From contig JAJTHM010000055.1 of assembly GCA_021297855.1 (NCBI GenBank), forward strand, positions 4,216 through 68,215: DNA of 64,000 nucleotides. The letters are read 5' to 3'. The notes under the pieces are model-generated. The model was not told where the DNA came from and ran no database searches. It was given only the letters and a program-made list of their open reading frames with translations. A program made the position numbers and the translations under genes. Origin of the DNA: Sphingobacteriales bacterium (lineage in GTDB: Bacteria; Bacteroidota; Bacteroidia; Chitinophagales; JADJOU01). Numbering within the stretch: position 1 is the stretch's first letter; each line of letters opens with the position of its first letter. Below are positions 49,099 to 60,329 of the stretch, piece after piece.

Positions 49099-52000
49099 TT
49101 ATACCCGAATACAGTTTTCCCTTACCCAATCTTTATACATAGCTTCAAAATGCCAAAACTCATTTTCATAAGGTATGAATCCTGCATTTAGCATAAGATT
49201 TCGCAGCAATTCTCTGTTTTCCTGCTGTTTGTTAGATAACCGAGAATAGCTCCAATGGGCTTTTTCGCTAAAATCATCAAATTCACAGCCAAAATCTAAT
49301 AATTTATTAGGAATATATGGACTATCTGAGATTTCCATAATCAGAACATCTACAGCCATTCCATAATTATGCAAAGAATCAGTGTCTGGCGATGCTATAT
49401 AGTTTACCTTATTGGGTCCTTGATAGATATCCCACATTTTCCTTTGAACATCAAATGGACGCAGGGCATCTTTTATAACCAATTTATAATTCTTATTGAT
49501 TTCAAACAAAATCTCCTTGGCTCGCAACATCTTATAGTAAGCTATTTCATTGAGATAAGCTCCCTTAAAACTTTGGTATAAAATCGTACTAAACGCATTT
49601 TCTGACACACTGTACTCTAAGTCAATATAAAACTCTTTTTCACTTAGTCTTATAAATTCCTTACTTACCCAATCCAGTTCTATAGCAGAAAGCTCTGTTT
49701 TTGTCGGTTCGCTCATTTTAGGTAGTGAAATGAAAAAGCTCGTCCCCTGTCCTAATTTTGTATCAAACCAAATAAGACCATTCATCGAATGCAATATCTT
49801 CTTGGTTATAGCTAGTCCTAGTCCACTTCCAGAAGACTTAGTCGTAAAATTAGGTATAAATATCTTATCTCTTTCTTCTTCTTTGATACCCTTTCCATAA
49901 TCTTTGATTTCAAGAATAAAATACCGTTCATTGTCTCTTAAGGTTATATCTATAATGGTTTCCTCGTCATCATAAGCTTGGATAGCATTTTTAACTAAAT
50001 TGTTGAGACAACTAATCATTTGATTTCTGTCGCACTCAACCATAGCGGAAGATAGTCTTGATTTAAATAAAACTTGACACACTCTTGATTGGAAAACATG
50101 GACGGTATTTTGTATAAGGAGTTTCCAATCTAGCTGTTCTATATGCGGAGTATGTAATTTTCCGAAATTGGAAAATGCAGTAGCGATATTATCGAGATTA
50201 TTTATTTGTTCGATCAAGGTTTCCGCAGTGCTGGATACCAATTGATCCAAATTACTAGCCCCTTCCTTCATATTCCTTTGTAGAAATTGAATTTTTAGCT
50301 TCATAGGAGTCAATGGATTTTTTATTTCATGCGCAATTTGCTTGGCCATTTCACTCCAGGCATCTTCCCTCTCTTGCTCGGCCAATAATCTTGCACTCTC
50401 TTGAATTTCATCTACCATGATATTGTATCGCTTGACCAACTCACCGATTTCATCTTTATATTGATACTCTAGATACTCATTTTTACGAGATAGTCCCAAA
50501 TTCGAAATTTTCTCAGCAAGTGTTTGTAATGGCTTAGTGATTCTATTAGCTAACCAAATTGCAAACAACATCGATATAAGAAAGAAGAGTACATATAAAT
50601 TAATTAATACAACGATTAGTCGCATTTCTTCATTGAGCGATCCTTTACCATCGAAACTCGTCAGTCTTAAATAAAATTTTCTATTACCAGGATTGCTTCT
50701 TAAAACACTGTAATATTCATTAATTGGGATTTCATTTAGTCTTAGTTTTTCGATATTAAAAAATTCATTGTTTTTTAATCCAAAGAATATTTTTGACTCT
50801 AGTAATCTAGGGTAAATCATATTCTCCATAGACCTATAACTAGACTGAATCAGTTTACCTTCATCGTTATAAAGATCATATTGGATGGAAGTTATCCCCT
50901 TGAGTTTCTTAAAATGAAGATCAAAATCATTGGCTGGATTCAGAAAACTCGTATTATAAATTTGTTCAATAGCCTGCTGAATAACTTTTAAATTATTATA
51001 TGCTATTTCCTTATTGTAATTCGTAAATCTAGATTTCAGACTACTGAAACTTAATAGGGTAATCCCACTAAATATGCCAATAATGAGTAAAAATATAGCT
51101 AAGACAATTTTACTCCTAAGTTCATTAAAATGAAACAAGGGCTCTGATATATAGGTAATTCTTAGAGACCAAACGACAAAGAATAGAAAAATAGAGAGGA
51201 GAAAATTAATACAAAATATATATGAAAATTGAGTCAAAATAGAAACGGGATTCGCTTTTTGTGTCGTGACTAACACTTTTATCGTATCAGAGAAATTAAA
51301 AACAAAGTGCTCAAAATCTAAACCAAACAATTCATCAGAAAATCTAGGTACGTCAGGTGAAACGGGATATTTTTTATTATAGTTATAGGGCCCCAATTGA
51401 TCATGCAAGGTGTCATTGATGTATAAGCCATGACTTATCTTATTCTCCCTAATGATGACATCATTAATTGCATCTTTAGTACTGCTCGCTATATTGGATA
51501 AATAAGTCCTTGGATAGACCATAAGCTGAATTTGCTCCTCACCGCTGGATTGCTGAATTAGATACTTCCTTACAGAATTGGACTGAATTAAAAAAAGTTT
51601 GGACTTTTCGTTACTTACTAAAAGTTCTATCGATGGATTTCCGTTTTGATCTAACCATTTTTGATATTCTAATTTATCAATTTCATCGCACTCGATATCT
51701 TTAAAATCTTGTAAATATGACTTTAGGCTATCTACATTATATCCATCGAGACCCTGAATGATCCTAGCTTCCAGACCCCTATCCAAACCAAAGGTGACAT
51801 TTGTAGCAATAGAAGATAAAATAACCTCTTCTTTCTTTATATTATATCGTGAAAGTAAAAAGGTAGTCGTGAAAGAGGCAAAGAAGAGAAAAACGACAAA
51901 GCTATAGACTCTATTTCGAATATTAAAGTAATACCTGCCATAGAACAAAGCGATAAAAAACAAGAGCAGGACAAAGGTGAGCTTGACCTCTAAGCGAAAA

Positions 52001-53268
52001 CTCCCCAAAATAAGCAATAGAATAATGGAAAGCAAGAAAACAAAAAAAGACAAGATTATCTTCCGATTGTTCAGTTTAAAATTATAAATAGTTTTTAAAA
52101 TCAGATTAGATAAAAGATAATAATTCGAAAAGGTCATTAACATGATACCTAAACCTATGAAGCTGTAAATTGTTAATCTTGGGAAATAATCAAAATTAAA
52201 CCAAATAGAGCTCTCTACCACCATACGCTCAAAAATCTTATTGATAGAAAAGGATTCGCCTAAAAGAAATATTAAAGCAATGGTATGAATAAAAAAAGCG
52301 AAAACTGTGTTTTCCCATTTTTTTAGATTGATGACTAAATTTTCCTGTAAATAATATAAGATAATTTGAGTGGAAAAAACAAATAAAAACAAATCACCAA
52401 GAGATGGTGTGACATCAGAAGAATAGAGGGATGGGTTAAATAATTTGAGGGTGTAAAAAATAGAAGGTAACTTGTAAAATAAAAGCAACTTTCTGGTAGA
52501 ATAAACCAACCCTACAAAAACTATACAACCCAAAATAGGATAAATACGCGTAACGGGCTTCGCAAAAAAGTATAAAATTCTAATGTAAAAAAATGCAGCA
52601 ATCATTATAGCCAAAAGGCCAAGGATGATCCATAGATCATTCGAATGTACTACTCGCTTAAGACAGAAAAGAAAGTTTCCCTGACTATCAGTAAAATCTT
52701 TAGAGTTAGTTTCTTTGTACCCAATTATTAAATACTCTTTTCTCTCGTTTTTGTTGTGAAAAAGACGAAAGGAGCTGTTTAATTCTTCTTCAACAAACCT
52801 ATTCAAATCATACCAAAAAACAATATATTTACCTTTGAATAATACTTTATGCAATAAAAACTTATCCTGCTCTATTTCTCTGTATGATATTGAGTTAATA
52901 TTGCCTAGAGTATAGGAATTGAGATAGAAGGTACTATGAGTCCAATACTCCAGAGAAAAGTCACTTGAATTGTAAATCTGATAGGATAAAAGTCTATTGG
53001 ATAAATAATTTTTAGTCTTATCAAATGCTAAATTACCTTCAATAATCTTATCTAATAGATTCGAATCTTTTGGCAACTTCTCCATAGCTGTAATCTCATT
53101 TCGCCAATAATCATACTTTGAGTTTTGTTGCCAAATTTCGAAGGGATTATAAGAAATAAACCAGTAAATTGCTGCAAATAGGATAAAGAAAAAGGATGAA
53201 GTTCTCACACTTTTCTGTTGAAAAGCATACTGAAATAACCCACTAATTCTATACCACCTATAGTTCAA
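49099..53268 (-). CDS. Membrane HAMP histidine kinase (NtrY-like) fused to a C-terminal VanX/M15D D-Ala-D-Ala dipeptidase
   Basis: H-box AKQIAHEIKNPLTP; N/G boxes NLVKNAIQA, DYGKGI, GSGLGL; then DALRP, SLHNYGMAVD and EFWHF. Confidence 0.88.
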   Translation of the reverse strand: MNYRWYRISGLFQYAFQQKSVRTSSFFFILFAAIYWFISYNPFEIWQQNSKYDYWRNEITAMEKLPKDSNLLDKIIEGNLAFDKTKNYLSNRLLSYQIYNSSDFSLEYWTHSTFYLNSYTLGNINSISYREIEQDKFLLHKVLFKGKYIVFWYDLNRFVEEELNSSFRLFHNKNERKEYLIIGYKETNSKDFTDSQGNFLFCLKRVVHSNDLWIILGLLAIMIAAFFYIRILYFFAKPVTRIYPILGCIVFVGLVYSTRKLLLFYKLPSIFYTLKLFNPSLYSSDVTPSLGDLFLFVFSTQIILYYLQENLVINLKKWENTVFAFFIHTIALIFLLGESFSINKIFERMVVESSIWFNFDYFPRLTIYSFIGLGIMLMTFSNYYLLSNLILKTIYNFKLNNRKIILSFFVFLLSIILLLILGSFRLEVKLTFVLLLFFIALFYGRYYFNIRNRVYSFVVFLFFASFTTTFLLSRYNIKKEEVILSSIATNVTFGLDRGLEARIIQGLDGYNVDSLKSYLQDFKDIECDEIDKLEYQKWLDQNGNPSIELLVSNEKSKLFLIQSNSVRKYLIQQSSGEEQIQLMVYPRTYLSNIASSTKDAINDVIIRENKISHGLYINDTLHDQLGPYNYNKKYPVSPDVPRFSDELFGLDFEHFVFNFSDTIKVLVTTQKANPVSILTQFSYIFCINFLLSIFLFFVVWSLRITYISEPLFHFNELRSKIVLAIFLLIIGIFSGITLLSFSSLKSRFTNYNKEIAYNNLKVIQQAIEQIYNTSFLNPANDFDLHFKKLKGITSIQYDLYNDEGKLIQSSYRSMENMIYPRLLESKIFFGLKNNEFFNIEKLRLNEIPINEYYSVLRSNPGNRKFYLRLTSFDGKGSLNEEMRLIVVLINLYVLFFLISMLFAIWLANRITKPLQTLAEKISNLGLSRKNEYLEYQYKDEIGELVKRYNIMVDEIQESARLLAEQEREDAWSEMAKQIAHEIKNPLTPMKLKIQFLQRNMKEGASNLDQLVSSTAETLIEQINNLDNIATAFSNFGKLHTPHIEQLDWKLLIQNTVHVFQSRVCQVLFKSRLSSAMVECDRNQMISCLNNLVKNAIQAYDDEETIIDITLRDNERYFILEIKDYGKGIKEEERDKIFIPNFTTKSSGSGLGLAITKKILHSMNGLIWFDTKLGQGTSFFISLPKMSEPTKTELSAIELDWVSKEFIRLSEKEFYIDLEYSVSENAFSTILYQSFKGAYLNEIAYYKMLRAKEILFEINKNYKLVIKDALRPFDVQRKMWDIYQGPNKVNYIASPDTDSLHNYGMAVDVLIMEISDSPYIPNKLLDFGCEFDDFSEKAHWSYSRLSNKQQENRELLRNLMLNAGFIPYENEFWHFEAMYKDWVRENCIRV

Positions 53269-53316
53269 GACCTTTTTTATGCAAAGGTAAACTGAAATGC
53301 CTTAACAGATAGTGAA

Positions 53317-56300
53317 TTATCGCATTAAAGTAAAGGATCCCTGGTGCTCTTTAATACCCCAAGGAGTTTTCAATTTAGCAAAATAAACATAAACTCCCAT
53401 AGGTGCTGGTCTTCCTTTGAAAAACCCATTCCAACCTTTCAATTGATTGGTTTCAAATACCTTTTCGCCCCATCGGTCATAGATAGCAAAGATGATCACC
53501 TCGGTGCATTCGTCCATATTTGGTAGGTACTCATCATTCAGATTATCCTCATTTGGGGAGAAAACATTGGGAAAACCATAATAACATTTCTCAGGTAATT
53601 TACCCTGAACTAAATAAGATACCGTATCCCAGCAATCATTCTCATCTGTGACTCTAACTGTAAATAATTTTGGGCCCATATCATTGATTTTATAATAGAT
53701 ATCAGGCACGTTGCTACCAGTTTGCAGCCAGAAATAAGTCTGACCTCCTGAGGCAGAAAGCGTCACAGTTTGTTTGTACAATACTGGATTTGGAATAGAT
53801 GGAGTAATGACAGCCTTTGGCTTAGGATGAACAATTATATGAATATATTTTATAGTATCGCAATCAAACATGAAAACATTGCGTTGTCTAATTGAATCTG
53901 CTTTCATTTTAGATAATAAATATGTTTTTCCATTATAACGGAATGGCGCACAGCCTGCCACCGTTGTGTCTTTATATACTTTATTGTAAATTTCTACTCG
54001 CCCAATATTAATAATTGAATCACAATTCAATATGGTTTTTGACTTTATCGTATCAAACTGAGTGAAAGAAATGGTATGCTTTTTACCCTTGGCATCTTGA
54101 TAAAATTCACATCTACGTATGGTATCAATAGGATTAATTTGCTTTTGTAAAACATTTAATCTTAATAAATTAATAAAGCTATCGCAGATTCCATCGGCTT
54201 TTTTGATAGTATAGAAATAATTATTAGTCGTTTTTCTGTAAATTCCATTGAACAAAACACTATCTCCAAAACAAATACGAAGATTTTGGGCAGTAGAATC
54301 TATCGTTCTATTCGTATAAACCACTACGGTATCATAGGCCTTGCAGCCACTATTCCTATCCATAATTTCGAGTATGTAATTGATACTGTCATTTACTATA
54401 CTGCAAATAGGATCCGCTATAGTAGCATCATTAAGATACTGAGTAGGCGTCCATTTATAAGTCCAGTCTGAGATAGGTGATTCTCCTAGCTGCGTGGTGA
54501 AGGCAGCCAAACAATTATTGGTATCCTTGCCAGCATTCGGATTAATTTGAATGATGGAAACTGTTTTTGTCATCGTGTCGAAGCATACGCCATTGGTTAC
54601 AATGAGTCGTAGCGTATAAGAGCCTCCACTAGGGAAGGTCAAAATAGGCGGATTCGCTCCTGCGAATGTATTCGGAATCGCCGAACCAAAGTTCCAGCTG
54701 TAGGATGTGATTGGGCCTTTGCTTGTATTGGTTATTGGCAAAGTCTCTCCAAAACAAAGCAAGTCTTTCGGTATAGTGAATCGCGCTCTCGCAGGGCAGC
54801 ACACCTTGGTATTCACTATAAAAGTATCCCTATGTAAACAACCGAAAGTATCTCTGAATTCAAGATAATAGGTACGATTGGTCGTAGGGAAGAAGAATGG
54901 ATTCTTGGATGTAGTAGAAGAAATAGAAAGATTCGGAGACCAAAGGATATTGGTAGCATAGATAGGTATCGTCATCTGCACAGAATCTCCAATACAAATG
55001 ATCTGATCTTCCATTTTTGGATAAATTGCAGCTGCCTTCACATCGACATCTATAGTATCAATCAATTGACAGTTTTTCAAACTTGTATAAGAAACTAAAT
55101 ATCGTTGATTATTCGATACAAAAACGTTTGGATTGCGAATGGTATCATTTGAAAGTCCTGAAACAGGGCTCCATTGATATTTACTTCCAGCACTAGCTAA
55201 CACTTTGATAGAATCATTGAGACATTGGGTGAAAGTGAATCGGCGAGGGGTGTCGCATGGATGAGGTTGGGTATTTATCCCACAACTATCAATAATTAAA
55301 CTACAATTTGGGTTAGTTTGGTTGATTTGTGCGCTGCCGCCTAATGTCCCATTATAAGCAGTATTTCCTTGTTTATTGAGCAGGTTGTCAAAGATATAAT
55401 AACCTATTAATCCAGTTTGGGTGGTTGGATTAGGAAGGGAAGTGTTCATATACTGCCTTATTTGAGATTGTGAACGAGCTACATTCCAAATTCTGACTTC
55501 ATTGATAAAGCCTTTTGTAGGTAAATTATTTATTGCTGCATAATTCCCTATAGTTGTTTGATAATTATTTGTAATTAAATTACCTGAGGCCGCTACTTGA
55601 CTCATTAAAAATCCATTTCTATAATACGTTAGACTAGTCCCATCATAAACCATTGCAATGTGATAGGATTTATTTAGCACGTTATAACAAGATGGTGGCG
55701 TTGTAAAAAATCCATTAGTAGTAGTAATATATCCGTGATTTGCCCTTAATGTATAATTTACATCTGCAGGAGTAAAATGTTTAGAAACAATTTCACGTTC
55801 ATCTAATGTACCAGAAAATGTATCTTGCTGAATTACTAATGCTTCTACTGTTACCTTATTTCCAGTTATATCCAAATCTCCAATCGTAATCCTATCACTT
55901 GTATTTGTCGATTTTAACCAATTATTGCAATTTATTTGAGTCGGCGGAACATTACACGTCCCACAATAGCCTTTGACTTCGGAGGGAGCGAGGACACGGT
56001 TGTAGATACGGATGTCGTCCACATCGGCATTGAGCCAGTATGGATATGTAGCATTATCTAACTTACCTATAAAAACATCCATGTTATGAGAACCAATACT
56101 ACCGGAATAGCTGCAAGAATATTTCTTTTCACCATTGATATAAGTATGAATACTGTCGCCAGTGTATACCACAACTATACAATACCAAGTGTCTCGTTTA
56201 ACATAAGGCGGATTATGAATTTGACTCAAAGAACAACCACCCGAAGAAGAAACTGACCCATAAAAATTATTCTGATTAGTATCAGCGGATGCAGTACAAC

Positions 56301-59300
56301 CATTGATTGGAGAATAGCGCAACAAATAATTACCGCTCAAAAAATCTGTATTGCCTTTCATTAATATAGAATTCCCTTTACATGCTCCATTATAAAATCC
56401 CCTAGGTTTTAAAATAGCTGTAAGGGTAATTTTATTTCCTGAGAAATTATTCAAGCTAGTAGAATTAGCTACTTGCATATAATTGCTTGTCCCATTAAAT
56501 CTATATGCCGTATTCGCGACTCCTGCTTTCCCTGTCACTGGTGTGGCTCCAAAATTCGTGGCATGGTTGCCTAATCCTGATTTGTCCTGGGTATTGCCAT
56601 TGAAATCTAGGTGGAGGACTTTGCCAGTATTGAGATTGGTGGTGTCGCAGTCGGAAGAGATTGTTTTACAAGAATCTTTATATACTATCATTTTCATAGC
56701 TACCCATGCACAGGAACCATTTGCATTTGTCCCTTCGATAGTGAATGCATTGACACCGTTTGTAAGTATAGACTTATTTATTAAAACGGATGAAACATTA
56801 TTCCAACCAAAAGGAGTAGAAGTCACATGAGTTCCATTGACCTTAAACGATACTATATTATCATCCGCCTGCACTAGAACTCGAATACTGTCGATAACAG
56901 ATACATTAGGGATATTAATTTCTCTCTTCACATTGCAGGTATTGCTTGTTGTGCTACCCCATATCATTTGATTAGCATTCTGAATACCTATTAAATTAAT
57001 TGGACTCCATACATGAGAAGGCTGCCCACAAGTATTTATACCTAAGCTAGCTTTTACCCAGTTTCCGCTTGTGTTTTGATAATACCAATTAGAGGTATCT
57101 GTGTAGTATAGCGTTGAATCTTTACAAGAAACATTACTGCAATCTTTTGTATAATAGACTTTCATTCTAAAATAGGTTCCGTAGCAACCACCAAAATCGC
57201 CTGGTTTGACAATAACTTCATTTAATGGAGAAATAGAATTTCCAAGATTTATCTCAGCACCAGTCATAACAATTTGTCCATAATGGATGGGATTCGTAGC
57301 TTTATACACCACTTTATTATTCACCCAAACAGAATCGATATAATCATCAGAAATCATCCATAATCTGACACTGTCTATAACAGAGCCTGTGGGCAAGGTA
57401 AATTGTTTTTTTAAATAGGGAAAACTTCCAGAAAAAGTTGAAGTGGTCGTATGACTCGAACTATTGTAGGCAGTTCGAGAGCCTGTATTTATAATAGGAC
57501 CCCAAAGACAATTTGCAGCTGCCACTCCTGGAAATAAACTCGTGTTGGCAGCAAATGTACCCGCACAATAACTACTCGCTGATAATGAACCCCAAGTCCC
57601 ATTTGTTTGCAAAGCTTGCCAACCAGTCTGGGCGGAGTTGACTTCCATAGAGTCTCTGCAAAAGGAAGAACTAGAGAGCTGAATTCTAACTATTGTATCC
57701 ATCCCCATCTTATTCCCCACACACGAACTATCCGAAAAACTACTGATACTAATCCAACTCGTATCCTTTTTAGGAACAATGGAGAAGAAATAAGGATTAG
57801 AGCGGATATTAGATTGGGTAAAGTTATTGGTACCATCTGTTAAGGTCACGTTAAATGGCGGATTTCCCTTGAAATGCACGGTGATAATTACAGGATTGGA
57901 GTTATAACTCGTATACTTTCGATTGGTTAACCATGCTCGAGGTGTATCAATATTGACATAATTTGTTTTTGTAATCGTATCACAACCCAGACTATTGCAG
58001 GTAATTAAGGTGGTTGATTTAAGGCCATTGGCTCCATAGGTTACGACTGGATTTGCTATAGTCGAGGCAGAAGGGGAACCTCCAGGAAAACTCCAATTAT
58101 AAGTCAAACTAGGTATGCCAAAACTTTTGGCTATATATCGCACAGACTTGCCAATACATTGAAAGGTATCTAATGCTATAAAGTCTGATTTTGGTTTCTT
58201 AGTTAGGCATTGAAGAGCTTGAAATGCATTGATACGACCAGCACCAAGACTATCTTTCAAGATAGGGTTTTGAGCGGCTATATTATCACATGTTCTTTTC
58301 AAACAAGCTTCAATACTATCAGCAGGCATCGGATTGTAACATTTCATTAGACCACATAGACCCGCAACCAGAGGCGAAGCCATACTCGTACCACTCATTA
58401 ATCCATAAGAGGTTGTAGCTCCTGCAAGACAACTTTGGATATCAACCCCAGGTGCAGTCACGTCAATGGTACTACCATAGTTAGAAAACCATGCTCGTGC
58501 GTCTGTGGAGGCAGAAGCAGCGACACTGATGACATGATTATAAGAGGCTGGATACATATCATTTGAAGAATTACTATTTCCAGCCGCCGCCACACATATG
58601 ATACCCTTTGTTTTGGCTATATTGAATAATGTTTGATAGGTCGCTGACCAGCCTCCTCCTCCCCAGCTCATATTAATCACATCACAACCACTCGCATTTA
58701 TAGCATAATCCAGTCCCTGAAATGCACCTGTTAACGAAGAATTGGGGCTCAAACCAATTTTCACTGGAATCATCTTACAATTATATCCGATAGCGGCTAT
58801 TCCTTTACTATTATGGGTTTGTCCAGCGATAATTCCAGCTACATGTGTACCGTGAGTGAAAAAAGAATTAGTAGGTGCCGTCGCAGAGGGATCATTGTCA
58901 TTATTGGCAGCATCCCATCCTCTCCAATCGTCAATGTATCCATTGCCATCATCGTCTATGCCATTGCCGTTTATTTCGCCGGTATTGATATGCCATTGAT
59001 TGACTAAATCCTCATGATTCATTAGGAAACCATCATCTGTCACTGCAATTTTTACTTGTGTACAACCTTGACCTAGATTCCACGCAAGGTCAGCTTGTAT
59101 CTTAGCTAAATTCCATTGGCTGGAATACAATGGGTCATTCGGAGTAAAAAACAATCTATAAATAGGTACTTTTTCTGCAAAATCTATTTGTTCTAATTGA
59201 TTGAGTTGAATAACAAGTGTATCTAGATTAATCTCTTTTTCAAAAACTATTTCATAAGTAGAACTCAGAAGTGGGTGTTTTGACACAGGTAATATGCTAA

Positions 59301-59466
59301 TTACCTTGGTTCTAGAAAACAATTTGGTGACTATCGGGTCCTTATCGAGGGTGAATGAATTTTTAAACTCCCCACTAACTTTAACAAATAGTCTATCTGA
59401 GTAATAGTCTTGACTAAAAAGATTTATGGTTCCTAGTAAAATACATAGAAATAAAATGATTCGCAT
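53317..59466 (-). CDS. S8 serine protease with PKD, lectin-like and LamG domains and a T9SS type B C-terminal domain
   Basis: IAVTDDG / HGTHVAG / SGTSMASP triad; YNWSFPGG PKD; DDIRIYNR and NEVRIWN LamG ends; PNVFSPN...IYDRWGE. Confidence 0.92.
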   Translation of the reverse strand: MRIILFLCILLGTINLFSQDYYSDRLFVKVSGEFKNSFTLDKDPIVTKLFSRTKVISILPVSKHPLLSSTYEIVFEKEINLDTLVIQLNQLEQIDFAEKVPIYRLFFTPNDPLYSSQWNLAKIQADLAWNLGQGCTQVKIAVTDDGFLMNHEDLVNQWHINTGEINGNGIDDDGNGYIDDWRGWDAANNDNDPSATAPTNSFFTHGTHVAGIIAGQTHNSKGIAAIGYNCKMIPVKIGLSPNSSLTGAFQGLDYAINASGCDVINMSWGGGGWSATYQTLFNIAKTKGIICVAAAGNSNSSNDMYPASYNHVISVAASASTDARAWFSNYGSTIDVTAPGVDIQSCLAGATTSYGLMSGTSMASPLVAGLCGLMKCYNPMPADSIEACLKRTCDNIAAQNPILKDSLGAGRINAFQALQCLTKKPKSDFIALDTFQCIGKSVRYIAKSFGIPSLTYNWSFPGGSPSASTIANPVVTYGANGLKSTTLITCNSLGCDTITKTNYVNIDTPRAWLTNRKYTSYNSNPVIITVHFKGNPPFNVTLTDGTNNFTQSNIRSNPYFFSIVPKKDTSWISISSFSDSSCVGNKMGMDTIVRIQLSSSSFCRDSMEVNSAQTGWQALQTNGTWGSLSASSYCAGTFAANTSLFPGVAAANCLWGPIINTGSRTAYNSSSHTTTSTFSGSFPYLKKQFTLPTGSVIDSVRLWMISDDYIDSVWVNNKVVYKATNPIHYGQIVMTGAEINLGNSISPLNEVIVKPGDFGGCYGTYFRMKVYYTKDCSNVSCKDSTLYYTDTSNWYYQNTSGNWVKASLGINTCGQPSHVWSPINLIGIQNANQMIWGSTTSNTCNVKREINIPNVSVIDSIRVLVQADDNIVSFKVNGTHVTSTPFGWNNVSSVLINKSILTNGVNAFTIEGTNANGSCAWVAMKMIVYKDSCKTISSDCDTTNLNTGKVLHLDFNGNTQDKSGLGNHATNFGATPVTGKAGVANTAYRFNGTSNYMQVANSTSLNNFSGNKITLTAILKPRGFYNGACKGNSILMKGNTDFLSGNYLLRYSPINGCTASADTNQNNFYGSVSSSGGCSLSQIHNPPYVKRDTWYCIVVVYTGDSIHTYINGEKKYSCSYSGSIGSHNMDVFIGKLDNATYPYWLNADVDDIRIYNRVLAPSEVKGYCGTCNVPPTQINCNNWLKSTNTSDRITIGDLDITGNKVTVEALVIQQDTFSGTLDEREIVSKHFTPADVNYTLRANHGYITTTNGFFTTPPSCYNVLNKSYHIAMVYDGTSLTYYRNGFLMSQVAASGNLITNNYQTTIGNYAAINNLPTKGFINEVRIWNVARSQSQIRQYMNTSLPNPTTQTGLIGYYIFDNLLNKQGNTAYNGTLGGSAQINQTNPNCSLIIDSCGINTQPHPCDTPRRFTFTQCLNDSIKVLASAGSKYQWSPVSGLSNDTIRNPNVFVSNNQRYLVSYTSLKNCQLIDTIDVDVKAAAIYPKMEDQIICIGDSVQMTIPIYATNILWSPNLSISSTTSKNPFFFPTTNRTYYLEFRDTFGCLHRDTFIVNTKVCCPARARFTIPKDLLCFGETLPITNTSKGPITSYSWNFGSAIPNTFAGANPPILTFPSGGSYTLRLIVTNGVCFDTMTKTVSIIQINPNAGKDTNNCLAAFTTQLGESPISDWTYKWTPTQYLNDATIADPICSIVNDSINYILEIMDRNSGCKAYDTVVVYTNRTIDSTAQNLRICFGDSVLFNGIYRKTTNNYFYTIKKADGICDSFINLLRLNVLQKQINPIDTIRRCEFYQDAKGKKHTISFTQFDTIKSKTILNCDSIINIGRVEIYNKVYKDTTVAGCAPFRYNGKTYLLSKMKADSIRQRNVFMFDCDTIKYIHIIVHPKPKAVITPSIPNPVLYKQTVTLSASGGQTYFWLQTGSNVPDIYYKINDMGPKLFTVRVTDENDCWDTVSYLVQGKLPEKCYYGFPNVFSPNEDNLNDEYLPNMDECTEVIIFAIYDRWGEKVFETNQLKGWNGFFKGRPAPMGVYVYFAKLKTPWGIKEHQGSFTLMR

Positions 59467-59519
59467 AGTAAATTATTTTCAAGGGCAAATATAAAGAGTA
59501 ATCTTTAATTTACTATTAA

Positions 59520-60251
59520 TTATTCAATCATAAATGACATTTGATAGTAATTGTTAACAGCAGTAAGGGGCTTATACTTGACATAAAAATTTTCCGTAAA
59601 CTCCTTGAACGCTTTAAACTCATGCATCGGTACACTATATTCATCAAAAAACAGAATATCTCCCTTTTTTAAATACGGATATAAAAGTGATAGAGAAAAA
59701 ATAGTAGCACTATATAAATCTGCATCTAAATGAATAATTCTTAGGTCTGCACTAGTCAATTCTTGACCTTTGTCATTTAAAAATGGTACTAGTGAATCCT
59801 GAAATAATCCCTTAATGTATTTAGCACGATTATCTTTAAGTTCTGGCACATTGTAGCTCATATCCCCTTTTTTAAAAAAACTTCCCCAATTTTCTGGCAA
59901 CCCTTCGAATGTATCAAAGCCATAAAACCTTGACGTCGGATTTGAATTCAATGTTAGAAATTTATTAAATGAATTTCCACCAGCTACACCAAACTCCAAA
60001 TAGACTACTTTTTTGGTTGAAAGATTAAATTCATTGAACACGAAATCAAACATTCCTTCTCTATCGTCATAATTTCGAATAAGTCTATAAAAGTCATTCT
60101 TTAGAAGCACTTTTTTATATTCTGAAACCTTCAAAACCATTAAATTCCAATAATAAATGTAATTCATTAACTTCGCAAAAGGATAAAATATATAAGTTAA
60201 ACGACTTAAAATTAAGAAATCCTTTAATATCTTTACTAAACCAAACATCAA
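59520..60251 (-). CDS. TylF/MycF/NovP-related class I SAM-dependent O-methyltransferase
   Basis: YLEFGVAGG, GFDTFEGLP, KGLFQDS, HLDADLYS, FDE. Confidence 0.88.
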   Translation of the reverse strand: MMFGLVKILKDFLILSRLTYIFYPFAKLMNYIYYWNLMVLKVSEYKKVLLKNDFYRLIRNYDDREGMFDFVFNEFNLSTKKVVYLEFGVAGGNSFNKFLTLNSNPTSRFYGFDTFEGLPENWGSFFKKGDMSYNVPELKDNRAKYIKGLFQDSLVPFLNDKGQELTSADLRIIHLDADLYSATIFSLSLLYPYLKKGDILFFDEYSVPMHEFKAFKEFTENFYVKYKPLTAVNNYYQMSFMIE

Positions 60252-60329
60252 TTAAATTTTTAAACAGGCAAATATATTATAAATTTACAGAACATTATAT
60301 ATGTTTGTCACTATAAACAAGTTCCTTAT

